From contig JAFGAR010000175.1 of NCBI GenBank assembly GCA_016933575.1, forward strand, positions 1-64,000: 64,000 nucleotides of DNA, in the 5' to 3' direction. The notes under the pieces are model-generated. The model was not told the DNA's origin and did no database searches. It saw only the letters and a program-made list of their open reading frames with translations. This DNA is from Candidatus Thorarchaeota archaeon (GTDB lineage: Archaea > Asgardarchaeota > Thorarchaeia > Thorarchaeales > Thorarchaeaceae). Position 1 is the stretch's first letter; the number at the start of each line of letters is the position of its first letter. This document shows positions 10,636-19,952 of this stretch, one piece after another. A program made the translations under genes and the position numbers.

Positions 10636-11028
10636 CTATATATCAAAGATAGATACTGTGGTCTCTAAGTTCTTCGCTGCCTGTATACATTCTTTTAGAA
10701 TACCTTCTTTATCGACATCCATTGGAGCAAAGACTGAAACAAACCATACACCTTTGCCGGTTCCACAAATCAAGCTTACAGCTCCATCGGGATTAATACC
10801 AACAAAGCCTTGATTTGTTCGTAATGCCGTAATGAATGAAACGCCCTTCAGCACAAAATTTTGATATTGCCCATTCCAAGCTTGGATGAAGGTGGGAATA
10901 TCATCACCAATTTCCATGTTATCACTTGCATAAGCTACCTTGCCTTCATAGGTAAAGACACTGAAACCAACGATCTCAGTATAGTTACTCATTGCAATAT
11001 CGATTGTACGTTTCACACGCATTACCAT
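10636..11028 (-). CDS. Profilin-like protein (Asgard type)
   Basis: 130 aa; helix, GFSVFTYEGKVAYASDN, QNFVLKGVSF, GFVGINPDG, C-terminal helix; matches the layout I recall for Asgard profilins. Confidence 0.65.
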   Translation of the reverse strand: MVMRVKRTIDIAMSNYTEIVGFSVFTYEGKVAYASDNMEIGDDIPTFIQAWNGQYQNFVLKGVSFITALRTNQGFVGINPDGAVSLICGTGKGVWFVSVFAPMDVDKEGILKECIQAAKNLETTVSIFDI

Positions 11029-11132
11029 GGTTACTCATGAATTGGTGATTTTCAAGCTAGAAATAGATTTCTTGAATGTAATTTCAGATTTGTCAAGGTT
11101 AATGTGTATTCAAATCCATACCTTATATTGGA

Positions 11133-11309
11133 ATGTCTAATCGCACAAGGAGGAAGAAGAGTAAGAAATCCCCATTAGGTGATACAATTCCTGTGAAATA
11201 TACGTATCCTCCTCGATTAGTCGGCTATATGACGGACATTGATAACTACGCTCGAAAAAAGAAACAAAAGAAATCAAAAATATTGAAGAATCCGCATAAC
11301 TGGCATTAA
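11133..11309 (+). CDS. 58-aa highly basic microprotein (not in ORF track)
   Basis: ATG 11133 to TAA 11309, MSNRTRRKKSKKSPLGDTIPVKYTYPPRLVGYMTDIDNYARKKKQKKSKILKNPHNWH; fills an otherwise empty gap. Confidence 0.5.
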   Translation: MSNRTRRKKSKKSPLGDTIPVKYTYPPRLVGYMTDIDNYARKKKQKKSKILKNPHNWH

Positions 11310-11342
11310 TAATTCGTAATGAGAAAAAAAGAAAATTATCTC

Positions 11343-11963
11343 TCAAAGTGGGAAATTCGCAATTAACAAAGCCTTAGTAAATAGAAATGTTCGATTGAGT
11401 AATTCATCACTACTTACGCTAGTAACAAATCTGTGATTCTTGAATGATAGACCATGCCTAAGAGCTATTTTTCTAAAGTCATCAACATCATTACCTTGTA
11501 CTATTTTTGAGGATAGGCGATATGTAAACCATTCATCAGTTCCTTTTTCCTTGATCAGGCAAGCTACATCGAATTGCAGACCATTGTCTAAGGTTATCCT
11601 AAACCGCTTACCAATAAGTTGTTTCACACTTGTCTTTGGACCAAGTATCCCTTCCAAAATTGACAGAGTATAGGTTGAAGCAGGACCTGGTAGAAATGCC
11701 CATGACCAGAATCGAAATGTTAGTACCATAAGAGCTAGAGCAATTAGGAAACCGATTGTATTGAACGAGGTCACAACCTCAAGACCTTGTATCCATCCAC
11801 CAGGGAGTGTATTTGGTGGATCCGGTCTAAGGCCTAAAACATTGGGACTATAGAAGATGTAGAATGTAACTGCAAAGATGATTAGAAGAGTAGATAGGAC
11901 TATGCGAATACGGTCCTTATACAATGCCCTTGCCTGTTTGAGCAGTGTGTCTTCCATCTTCAC
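11343..11963 (-). CDS. Hypothetical membrane protein (2 N-terminal TM plus soluble C-domain)
   Basis: Two hydrophobic helices; 4-bp overlap with the upstream wHTH gene. Confidence 0.7.
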   Translation of the reverse strand: MKMEDTLLKQARALYKDRIRIVLSTLLIIFAVTFYIFYSPNVLGLRPDPPNTLPGGWIQGLEVVTSFNTIGFLIALALMVLTFRFWSWAFLPGPASTYTLSILEGILGPKTSVKQLIGKRFRITLDNGLQFDVACLIKEKGTDEWFTYRLSSKIVQGNDVDDFRKIALRHGLSFKNHRFVTSVSSDELLNRTFLFTKALLIANFPL

Positions 11964-12313
11964 TCTTCCTCCAGTGCTTTTAGGTATATCTTGCGTGCTT
12001 GTTCACCATATGACCTGCAGAGATCAACAAGTACAGATAGCAACGGATGCTCATTATTTATTCGGATTGCGTAAAGCTTCGGTGTGAGCTGGTCTATCTG
12101 TATCATTTCATTCTCTGTTAGGTGAGCTATCACTCCTCTGTAAAGACTTCTTGATTTTCCACTATAGCCAATCAATCGACTGAGCTGTACACCGCTCACG
12201 CTTCGAGGATAGATATGAGCTAATGCAGAGAGGATTGCTCTCCTTGTGTCATTTAATGACGATAGTAACTGAACTAACTCATAGACTGAAGCTAGATTGG
12301 TGTTATTTTCCAT
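11960..12313 (-). CDS. Winged-helix transcriptional regulator
   Basis: DTRRAILSAL...SGVQLSRLIGYS...LYRGVIAHL..NEMI; ATG 12313 preferred over the track's TTG 12370. Confidence 0.7.
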   Translation of the reverse strand: MENNTNLASVYELVQLLSSLNDTRRAILSALAHIYPRSVSGVQLSRLIGYSGKSRSLYRGVIAHLTENEMIQIDQLTPKLYAIRINNEHPLLSVLVDLCRSYGEQARKIYLKALEEE

Positions 12314-12543
12314 CTTTTCGCCAACCCTACTATTACTTGCTTGTGTTCCATGAAGCACATAGTTTTCCAATTTTCCAAGATTTATTCCTTAGAAGATAGT
12401 TCTGAATAATTCAGTGGGAGTATTTCTCTTTTCCGAAAACAGAACGCAATACAGCTTATAATCCATTGGAACATCGAACAAAGTGTTAATAGCACATGAT
12501 TCTGAACTAATTTAGAAACTGTAAACTTAAGGAGGTTTATACA

Positions 12544-13119
12544 ATTTCATCATTCTCGAGCAAATATTTCGGTTGGCTCATTGCACTAGTCATTGTTATT
12601 CTCGGTGGCTGGTTCCTATTGCCGCAAGGGTATGAGTCCCTCATAGCAATCTTTGCCCCTCAATTTGGGAACTATTTGAGACCCACTGTGGTCATGGTGA
12701 ATTTGATGTTACTCAATCCTTTGAATAACATCCCCATGGTTCTCGTTTGGGTAGGAGCTGGTTTCATCGGAGGTGTAATGGCTGGAACTAAGAAAGGCGC
12801 CTTCGTTGTGGGGCTCATGACTTGGTTAGCATGCCTTGGTATCACAATACTCTGTGTATACTTGATATTCACTACTGGAATCAGTCTGGGATCATTTGTA
12901 GTGCCACCAGGCTCATCAATAGTTGACATCCTTGGTATTCCATTAATTCAAGGAATCATTGGTGATATTCTACCAATGATAGCTGGACTTGGAGGCGGTG
13001 GTGGTTTAGATATTATGGCTCTATTAACACCATTGATTATCTGGTTTATTACTCCAGTGATTATTGTTATCATAGCCGCCATAATCGGAGCAATAGTCCG
13101 ACCAAAGGAGGAATTTTAA
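12544..13119 (+). CDS. Multi-TM membrane protein, probable ATT start
   Basis: GGAGGT at 12531-12536; in-frame ATT 12544 adds a hydrophobic first TM (YFGWLIALVIVILGGWFLL); in-frame TAA at 12508 and no canonical start before 12619. Confidence 0.65.
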   Translation: MSSFSSKYFGWLIALVIVILGGWFLLPQGYESLIAIFAPQFGNYLRPTVVMVNLMLLNPLNNIPMVLVWVGAGFIGGVMAGTKKGAFVVGLMTWLACLGITILCVYLIFTTGISLGSFVVPPGSSIVDILGIPLIQGIIGDILPMIAGLGGGGGLDIMALLTPLIIWFITPVIIVIIAAIIGAIVRPKEEF

Positions 13120-14769
13120 ATGAAACTTGATTACAAGCACGCAATTGTCATTCTAACACTAACATTCCTACTAGCCGCTCCAGGAGTAGCAGCAGCTAAT
13201 GCTGGAGATGCTGTTATAGCTCAGGATATTGGAGGAGACTTCATTTTCGATCTCCTAGAGAACGGAGCTGAATTGGTATTTACCGCAGTTGGTCCCCAGG
13301 GAGAACCCGCGGTTGTCTATGGACAACTGGGTATTCCCTCAGGAGAGCTTGGTCTTACCGAGTCTATGTATGATGGCTGTATGCTTATGGCACTAGTAGC
13401 AACGCAAGGTGAACTTTTGGATTATATCCTCGATCTAGTCGGAACAGATCTCTTTGGTTCTGATGAAGGTGGAGAGTTCTTTGCAACTCAATTTGGAGAA
13501 GAAGGTTTTGACTTCAATTCAATCTTTGATATGCTTGGAACAGATTTCAACCTACTTGTCAATGTTTTTGTGAATACGGAGGAAGCTGTAGCAGAAGCTA
13601 ATATGGCACAGATTACAGCTCGTTTCACTACACAATTTGGCTTTGGTTTCTCAGGTCTGCTTGATCTAAGAATTGATGAAAGCTTTTTCCCACCTGAGAT
13701 GGAAATCGAGCTCCCATTCGACTCTATTCACGTATTTATTTATCAAGTCACAAACACATTCTCTGAGGCAATTGATAGCGTATTGAGTGTTATGGATGAT
13801 TCTGGCTTCCTTCAGTCAATTGACACAGATGTCTTTTCTACTGCAAGGGCAGCTGGTGGTGGGTTAATTGCAATTCCAGATTTCGGAGAACTCGTTGACC
13901 TAATTGATAGTTTTAGCAGTAATGAAACACCATCTGCTTCATCATTCCTACTGTCGCAAATGCCAGACATTGAAGGTCCCGTTGCAGTAGCTTTCGTCGG
14001 ATACATAGGAGATCAAGTCCTTTCCACAACTTCAGACGAGATTAATATCTTCGAAGATTTACTTGGAAAAAGCCCAACAGGAGTAGTGAATGGTCTGGAT
14101 AATGGACAATCTCTCGTAGTCTGCCTACTGCCTGAACAAGTCAACGTGATATCTTATAGTCCAGAAAACGAAGCAATGAATCGAACATTCTATGATAATG
14201 AATCGAACATTGTCTTCTGGAATGCTACTGCATTTACAGATGTTCCGGATTATATAATCAGCTTTGAAGCTGGAGTGTTTCCCCCACTTATCACCATCAA
14301 CCGCTACTTCAACCCAACCTCCACAACTACTGGTGGCTCTGTTCAAGTAACTGTTGCAGTACATAATGAGGGAACCGAACCTATCTACAATGTTTCAGTT
14401 CTAGATGATGGTATCGCTACCACATATGCACATGTATCTGTAACTGGAACTACAAGTGTAAGCTCAGCAATTGTTCCAGCTGGTGGATGGTTAAATATGA
14501 CCTATACTGTAACATTTCAGTATGAAGGTGGTTATGCATTTCCAGCAGCACACGTTACCTATGACTATAACGGAACAACATATGGCAAGGCAACACACAT
14601 TGATGGATACGTCGTTAGTCCTGATCCAATTGGATTACTACAGTCAATGTTCAACGACGGAATGCCATTTACTGGAATAGCAGTTGGAATAATTGGTCTA
14701 GGTGCAATCGTCAATATCGCCCTTATGCTTCGTGGCAGAGGCGCCGTTAGTGGCGGATACCAAGTATAG
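13120..14769 (+). CDS. Acidic secreted surface (S-layer-like) glycoprotein with a C-terminal Ig-like domain and TM anchor
   Basis: Signal peptide, very acidic, N-x-S/T sequons, GGSVQVTVAVHNEG.EPIYNV Ig-like motif, C-terminal TM. Confidence 0.7.
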   Translation: MKLDYKHAIVILTLTFLLAAPGVAAANAGDAVIAQDIGGDFIFDLLENGAELVFTAVGPQGEPAVVYGQLGIPSGELGLTESMYDGCMLMALVATQGELLDYILDLVGTDLFGSDEGGEFFATQFGEEGFDFNSIFDMLGTDFNLLVNVFVNTEEAVAEANMAQITARFTTQFGFGFSGLLDLRIDESFFPPEMEIELPFDSIHVFIYQVTNTFSEAIDSVLSVMDDSGFLQSIDTDVFSTARAAGGGLIAIPDFGELVDLIDSFSSNETPSASSFLLSQMPDIEGPVAVAFVGYIGDQVLSTTSDEINIFEDLLGKSPTGVVNGLDNGQSLVVCLLPEQVNVISYSPENEAMNRTFYDNESNIVFWNATAFTDVPDYIISFEAGVFPPLITINRYFNPTSTTTGGSVQVTVAVHNEGTEPIYNVSVLDDGIATTYAHVSVTGTTSVSSAIVPAGGWLNMTYTVTFQYEGGYAFPAAHVTYDYNGTTYGKATHIDGYVVSPDPIGLLQSMFNDGMPFTGIAVGIIGLGAIVNIALMLRGRGAVSGGYQV

Positions 14770-14780
14770 TAATTTGGATA

Positions 14781-14835
14781 GATAGTCCTAAAGAAACTCG
14801 TTCTCTTAATGGACTATCCTCTCTCTTTCTTTTTA
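14781..14835 (+). terminator. Hairpin plus pyrimidine/T-tract terminator
   Basis: GATAGTCC...GGACTATC followed by CTCTCTTTCTTTTT. Confidence 0.6.
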
Positions 14836-14887
14836 TATCTGCAATCTTGCATTACGTTTATTTTGTTACTTCTTTATTGAATCAGTC

Positions 14888-15796
14888 ATGCCTCTCAAGA
14901 ATGAACTAAATGGATACCTTCGTCTTCCTAGAACATTCTTTGGAATTCAACCACCCTCCTCCGGACTTCCAGATGTTGGAATTCTTGGAATTCCCTATGA
15001 CATTACCTCAAGTTACATGCCAGGAACACGTTTTGGACCAGATGCTATAAGACAAGCAACAGATAGTGAGAGGTCGCATAGTTATCCACTCACAATTGGC
15101 AAGGAGATACCACGACTTGAATCTCTTACAAAAACACTGACGTTAGAAGACATTGGAGACCTAGAAATTATGCAACGAATGCCGGATGCTGCAGCTATTG
15201 ATATCTCTGAAGCATGTGCTAAACTTGCTCCAATGAATAGTAAGCTAGTCTTCCTTGGGGGTGACCATTTCATTACGTACCCAATTCTTAAAGGTCTAAA
15301 AAGGGGAAGACCTTGCAGGTATGGATTACTCTATCTCGATGCCCATGCTGATCTATACGATGATATGGGCGGCTATCAATTATCTCATGCTACCACGGTA
15401 AGAAGAATTATTGACCATGACTTAGTACAACTCGAGGATATCATTGCTTATGACCTTAGATCTGCGCTTCCTGAACACAGAAGAGAGCTCGATCCTCCAA
15501 CACGTTCCACAGTTCACTCTAGGATTGTTGAGATGGGAAATCAGGTTGATATCATCTACATTTCAGTGGACATCGATGTTCTAGCTCCCCAAATAGTTCC
15601 AGGAATAAGTCATCCTGAATCCGGAGGCATTTTAATGACAGAGCTGATCTCACTGATCCAGACTGCTTTTTCAACCAAAAAAGTACGGTATGCGGATATC
15701 GTAGAATTGAATCCTCTCATTGATAAGACTGGAATCACCGCAATTTCTGCGCGAGACATTCTCAAAGAATTGTTGTCTGGTTTTGCTCAGTCATAA
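14888..15796 (+). CDS. speB: Agmatinase/ureohydrolase (arginase family)
   Basis: PGTRFGPDAIR, GGDHFIT, DAHAD, SHAT, SVDIDVL, DIVELNP. Confidence 0.8.
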   Translation: MPLKNELNGYLRLPRTFFGIQPPSSGLPDVGILGIPYDITSSYMPGTRFGPDAIRQATDSERSHSYPLTIGKEIPRLESLTKTLTLEDIGDLEIMQRMPDAAAIDISEACAKLAPMNSKLVFLGGDHFITYPILKGLKRGRPCRYGLLYLDAHADLYDDMGGYQLSHATTVRRIIDHDLVQLEDIIAYDLRSALPEHRRELDPPTRSTVHSRIVEMGNQVDIIYISVDIDVLAPQIVPGISHPESGGILMTELISLIQTAFSTKKVRYADIVELNPLIDKTGITAISARDILKELLSGFAQS

Positions 15797-15836
15797 AGAT
15801 TTTAAGTAGTAATTACACATAATTATTAGACGAACT

Positions 15837-16571
15837 ATGACCCTTTCGAGTGAAAAGAGTGCGGAAGAAGTTGGAGCACGAGCTAGCTCAACACTACGTG
15901 AGATAGGATTTGGTGCTCATGAGACTTCAGTCATTCTAGCATTAAACCAGATAGAATCAGCAACTGTAGCGGATTTATCCTCAGAAACTGGCATTCATCA
16001 TGCAAATTTATACAGTGTACTCGAATCACTCATTGGAAGAGGTCTAGTAGTCCTACATTCAGGTCGGCCTAAAGTGTACCAATTTGCTCCTCTATCACAT
16101 GTGAAAGAAATGTTTTCTTCAAAGATGGAACAACTTCTTGAGGATCTCAAAATCCTGCAGGATTCACGTGACTCTAAAGGAATCATTCCAGCTCTTATCT
16201 ATACTATCAGAGGCAGTGCAGATGTATTGGCAAAGATGGTAGCAATGATAGGAAGGGCAAAACAGTCGATTTTCCTTGTTGCACCAGACCTAGATGAGCT
16301 CAGTATTCCAATTCATGAATCTCTACGAAAAGCTAAGTCTAGAGGAGTAATAATACAGGGTATCTTTGGACAGAGACCTAATACATCGGATATTGAAATC
16401 CAATATCGTATTAAGGAGGATACTCTTGCAATCGATTTGGTAATAGATTCAATAGAAGCATTGATTTCGATGCCTGACCTCACAGTCTGTGGCTGGGCAG
16501 ATAATGCGCTGATTTCAATGCAACTTGAAGGATTTCTTCAACAATCCTGGAAATTGTCAAGGAAGGAATAG
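15837..16571 (+). CDS. TrmB family transcriptional regulator
   Basis: LREIGF...ATVADLSSETGI...LYSVLESL..RGLV...GRPKVY wHTH plus PLD-like effector domain. Confidence 0.88.
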   Translation: MTLSSEKSAEEVGARASSTLREIGFGAHETSVILALNQIESATVADLSSETGIHHANLYSVLESLIGRGLVVLHSGRPKVYQFAPLSHVKEMFSSKMEQLLEDLKILQDSRDSKGIIPALIYTIRGSADVLAKMVAMIGRAKQSIFLVAPDLDELSIPIHESLRKAKSRGVIIQGIFGQRPNTSDIEIQYRIKEDTLAIDLVIDSIEALISMPDLTVCGWADNALISMQLEGFLQQSWKLSRKE

Positions 16572-16573
16572 TT

Positions 16574-17944
16574 ATGGTTGATTATGACGTTATTATTGCG
16601 GGTGCAGGAACTGGAGGTTCGACTGCTGCATATACATTAGCAAAGAGGGGACATTCAGTCCTCTTGATCGATAGAAAGGAACGATACAATATAGGTAACA
16701 AGACATGTGGAGATGCCATTGGTTCACATCACATTATAGAACTAAGAGAATTGACCGGGATTCCAGAGTTGCCAAAAGGTATTGTTGAGTATGATGTAAA
16801 TGGAATTGACCTAATTGCACCAGATAGAGATCATAGATTACGAATGGAAGGTCCAACAACTACAGGCATGTCTTTCAATAGATTGAAAATGGGGCAATGG
16901 TTTGTTGGTCAAGCTGAGAGTGCTGGTGTAGAAGTATTAGCTTCAACTCGTGTAAAGAAACTGCTTTTCGATGATGGAAAAGTATCTGGTGTTAAGGTCT
17001 CTATCGAAGGTGGACCTGATAAAGACTATACAGCAAGGATAGTTGTCGATGCCACTGGAGCTACTGGCGTTCTTAGAATGCAAATGCCTGAGACATCACC
17101 AATTGAACAGCAAATAGCAAGTGAGGATCGTATGGTAGCTTGGCGTGACATCTATGAGACTCCAGATTTTGAATTTGAAACTCCCGATTATTTAGAGATC
17201 TTCTGGAACCAAGATGAAACCCTGGGTGGATATACTTGGGTATTTCCACAAGGAAAGCACAGAGTCAATGTGGGAAATGGAGTAATGACTATCGAAGGCC
17301 ATCGGAATCCAAAAGACATTCAATATGATTTTGTGAAGAAGACATGGATTGATACTTGGGGAGAAATAAAAGTACTGGACAGCAGTGGTGGAGTAGCTCC
17401 GATTCGACGACCAATTGATACCATGGTTGACGATAATTTCATGCTCGTCGGTGATGCGGCATGCCAAGTCAATCCCATTCATGGCGGAGGCATCGGTTCC
17501 TCAATGCTCGGTGGAGCACACGCAGGAATTATAGCATCGGAGGCTTTGGAGCGTAATGATACCTCTATCGAATCATTGTGGCCATACAATCCTCGATATC
17601 ATAAGAGCTATGGAATGAAGCAAGCCGCACTTGATATCTTTCGATGGTTCCTATTGAACATAACAAACGATGACATCGACTTTGCTTTCAAGAAACAGAT
17701 AATCAAAGCCAGCGATCTTCTTGATACATCCATGACAGGGGAGGTCAAATTCGGAGCTGGAGAGAAATTCAAACGCTTAGTGGCTGGATTTGGTAAGATT
17801 CCTCTATTGTTGAGAGTATCGAAAGTTGCTGGTTTAATGAATGATATCCGAGCAGTCTACGCTAGGTATCCTGATTCGCCTAAGGGACTTGCGGCATGGA
17901 AAGAACAGCTAGTACCCATTTATGAAACCGCAAAAGTAGCCTAG
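16574..17944 (+). CDS. Geranylgeranyl reductase family flavoprotein (DGGR-like; possibly LipT-like given context)
   Basis: GAGTGG Rossmann motif, KTCGDA, VVDATG, GGYTWVFP, LVGDAA..VNPIHGGGI. Confidence 0.88.
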   Translation: MVDYDVIIAGAGTGGSTAAYTLAKRGHSVLLIDRKERYNIGNKTCGDAIGSHHIIELRELTGIPELPKGIVEYDVNGIDLIAPDRDHRLRMEGPTTTGMSFNRLKMGQWFVGQAESAGVEVLASTRVKKLLFDDGKVSGVKVSIEGGPDKDYTARIVVDATGATGVLRMQMPETSPIEQQIASEDRMVAWRDIYETPDFEFETPDYLEIFWNQDETLGGYTWVFPQGKHRVNVGNGVMTIEGHRNPKDIQYDFVKKTWIDTWGEIKVLDSSGGVAPIRRPIDTMVDDNFMLVGDAACQVNPIHGGGIGSSMLGGAHAGIIASEALERNDTSIESLWPYNPRYHKSYGMKQAALDIFRWFLLNITNDDIDFAFKKQIIKASDLLDTSMTGEVKFGAGEKFKRLVAGFGKIPLLLRVSKVAGLMNDIRAVYARYPDSPKGLAAWKEQLVPIYETAKVA

Positions 17945-17979
17945 GGGCATCACTATAGAAGTGAGAAGAGGTAAATCTG

Positions 17980-18942
17980 ATGCGTCTGATTGCGCAAGCT
18001 TCCAACATAAAGATACACTCGCCAGATGATGCCTACTTCTCATTCTATAACAGTCCGTATACAGGGCATTCCCTTGGTACTGCTGTAGATATCTACCCTA
18101 AGCACCAAGAATGGAAGGGACCTGTTCCATCACCAGTCGCTGGAGTCGTAGAAGAAGTAAGGAAAATGAAAATGGGTCAACCAAAGAACTTCCCTACTGA
18201 GGACTTTGACTATGCCATTGGTATCAGACCTGAGAATAAATGCAATGATATCGTGCGAATAATGCATACTGAACCCTCCGTAAAAAAAGGAGAACGGATC
18301 GAACTTGGAGACGATATTGGCAAAGCCCTTCGTTCTCGTTATTTCAACTATTGGACTGGACCTCATTACCATGTAGAAGTACTACCTCACCAATTCTTCT
18401 CACGCGCAAGTAAATCACATCCTTTAGACTTGCCATTCTATTTTGAAGAAAGAGCAATTTCAAAGAACAATATGGAGACCGAGTTCTTGATTACAGCAGT
18501 CACAGAAGACAATGTAATTGGCCATCCATTGGATCTTGATTATTCAAATATCAATGACCTAAGTGGTCTCTCAGCAGTTACAGATTATGGGAGAACTGTG
18601 GGGATTCTTGATGGCGGGTTATCTCATTACAGACATGGAGGTATCATTGGGGGACAAGATTGCGTTGAAGGAATGAGTGTGGGTCTCTTTCGCAATCTTG
18701 TTGGACAAATACAGATAAAAAAACCGGGCTCAGCCTATTTCATCCGTGGCCCTCGAATCATATCAAATATTGACGGGTTTGAACTATTAGGATTGTCATG
18801 TTTCATCTATCCAAAACAGTACCTCAGAAAGGGAATTCCACAGATAATTCTAATACCAAAGATATATGGAGAACTAAAGAAGTCATTCGAAGGGGGAGAT
18901 GTTGCGTTACTTCAGATTAATCAGAGAACGCTACAATTATAG
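17980..18942 (+). CDS. Peptidase M23-like (hybrid-motif fold) cytoplasmic protein
   Basis: YNSPYTGHSLGTAVDIYP, SPVAGVV, VKKGERIELGDDIG, HYHVEV. Confidence 0.65.
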   Translation: MRLIAQASNIKIHSPDDAYFSFYNSPYTGHSLGTAVDIYPKHQEWKGPVPSPVAGVVEEVRKMKMGQPKNFPTEDFDYAIGIRPENKCNDIVRIMHTEPSVKKGERIELGDDIGKALRSRYFNYWTGPHYHVEVLPHQFFSRASKSHPLDLPFYFEERAISKNNMETEFLITAVTEDNVIGHPLDLDYSNINDLSGLSAVTDYGRTVGILDGGLSHYRHGGIIGGQDCVEGMSVGLFRNLVGQIQIKKPGSAYFIRGPRIISNIDGFELLGLSCFIYPKQYLRKGIPQIILIPKIYGELKKSFEGGDVALLQINQRTLQL

Positions 18943-18962
18943 CATTAAGAAAAATAGAATCG

Positions 18963-19952
18963 GTGATATTCATGGTTAAGAGAGTGCGTCTATCCTATGG
19001 TACTGCTGTACAATTAGGATTAAGCAACGGTTCACAAGACCCATGTTTTTCAACTGCATTCTTAATGACCTATAGAGGACAGAAATGTGACGCAAATTGT
19101 GCCTTCTGTCCACAAGCTAATCAAAGCACGTCTTCTTCAGATAGACTTTCTAGAATCTCTTGGCCAGTGTTTGACCTCAAGACAGTATTGGATGGTTGGC
19201 CACAAGGAAGATCTTTCCAGCGAATCTGTATTCAGTGTTTAAACTACGATCAGGTAGTTGATGATGTCGTCTTCCTGTTAGAAAGAATGAGGGATATTTC
19301 AAAATTACCAATCTCCGTTTCAATTCATCCAGTTTCTTCAATCGATATGAAAAGACTGAGGGATTCTGGAGCAACCAATATTGGAATTGCAATCGATGCT
19401 TGTACACCAGCTCTCTTTGATGAGATTAAGGGAACCAAGCGAGGGCAGCTCTATAGATGGTCTACCCATCTTAAAGCCATTGAAGATGCATTACAAATAT
19501 TTGGAACCGGAAATGTTACAACACATCTGATAATTGGACTTGGAGAAACTGAAGCTGAAGCTGTCGAGTTCTTATTTGATATGTATTCTCAAAATGTGAA
19601 CGTAGGTCTCTTCGCATTCACTGCAATACCTGGTACAAGTCTTGCTAGTAGAGAGCAACCAGATCTTGGTTCTTATAGACGGATTCAGGTAGTCCGATAT
19701 TTAATTGCTAATGGAAAGCTAAATCGTAATCAAGTTAGTGAGGATTCAACGGGGAAGATTTCCCTAGAGATGGGAATTGAAGAATTGGAAACACTCCTTA
19801 AATCAGGTATTGCATTTCAGACAACAGGATGCAAGGGATGCAATAGACCGTTCTATAATGAGAGTCCTAGAGGTCCGATATACAACTATCCTAGACCTTT
19901 GACAGAGTCGGAGATTGGAAAATCAATTCAAGATACAAAACTGGTGATATAG
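18963..19952 (+). CDS. lipS2: Radical SAM lipoyl synthase, LipS2 type
   Basis: CDANCAFC radical SAM motif, LSRISWP, C-terminal TTGCKGCNRP (LipS2 TxGCPxC(N/D)RP-like); directly upstream of lplA. Confidence 0.8.
   Translation: MIFMVKRVRLSYGTAVQLGLSNGSQDPCFSTAFLMTYRGQKCDANCAFCPQANQSTSSSDRLSRISWPVFDLKTVLDGWPQGRSFQRICIQCLNYDQVVDDVVFLLERMRDISKLPISVSIHPVSSIDMKRLRDSGATNIGIAIDACTPALFDEIKGTKRGQLYRWSTHLKAIEDALQIFGTGNVTTHLIIGLGETEAEAVEFLFDMYSQNVNVGLFAFTAIPGTSLASREQPDLGSYRRIQVVRYLIANGKLNRNQVSEDSTGKISLEMGIEELETLLKSGIAFQTTGCKGCNRPFYNESPRGPIYNYPRPLTESEIGKSIQDTKLVI

Noticed and set aside
11137-11346. 69-aa minus-strand ORF in the track
   Set aside because: F/S-rich antisense of the more plausible basic plus-strand ORF.
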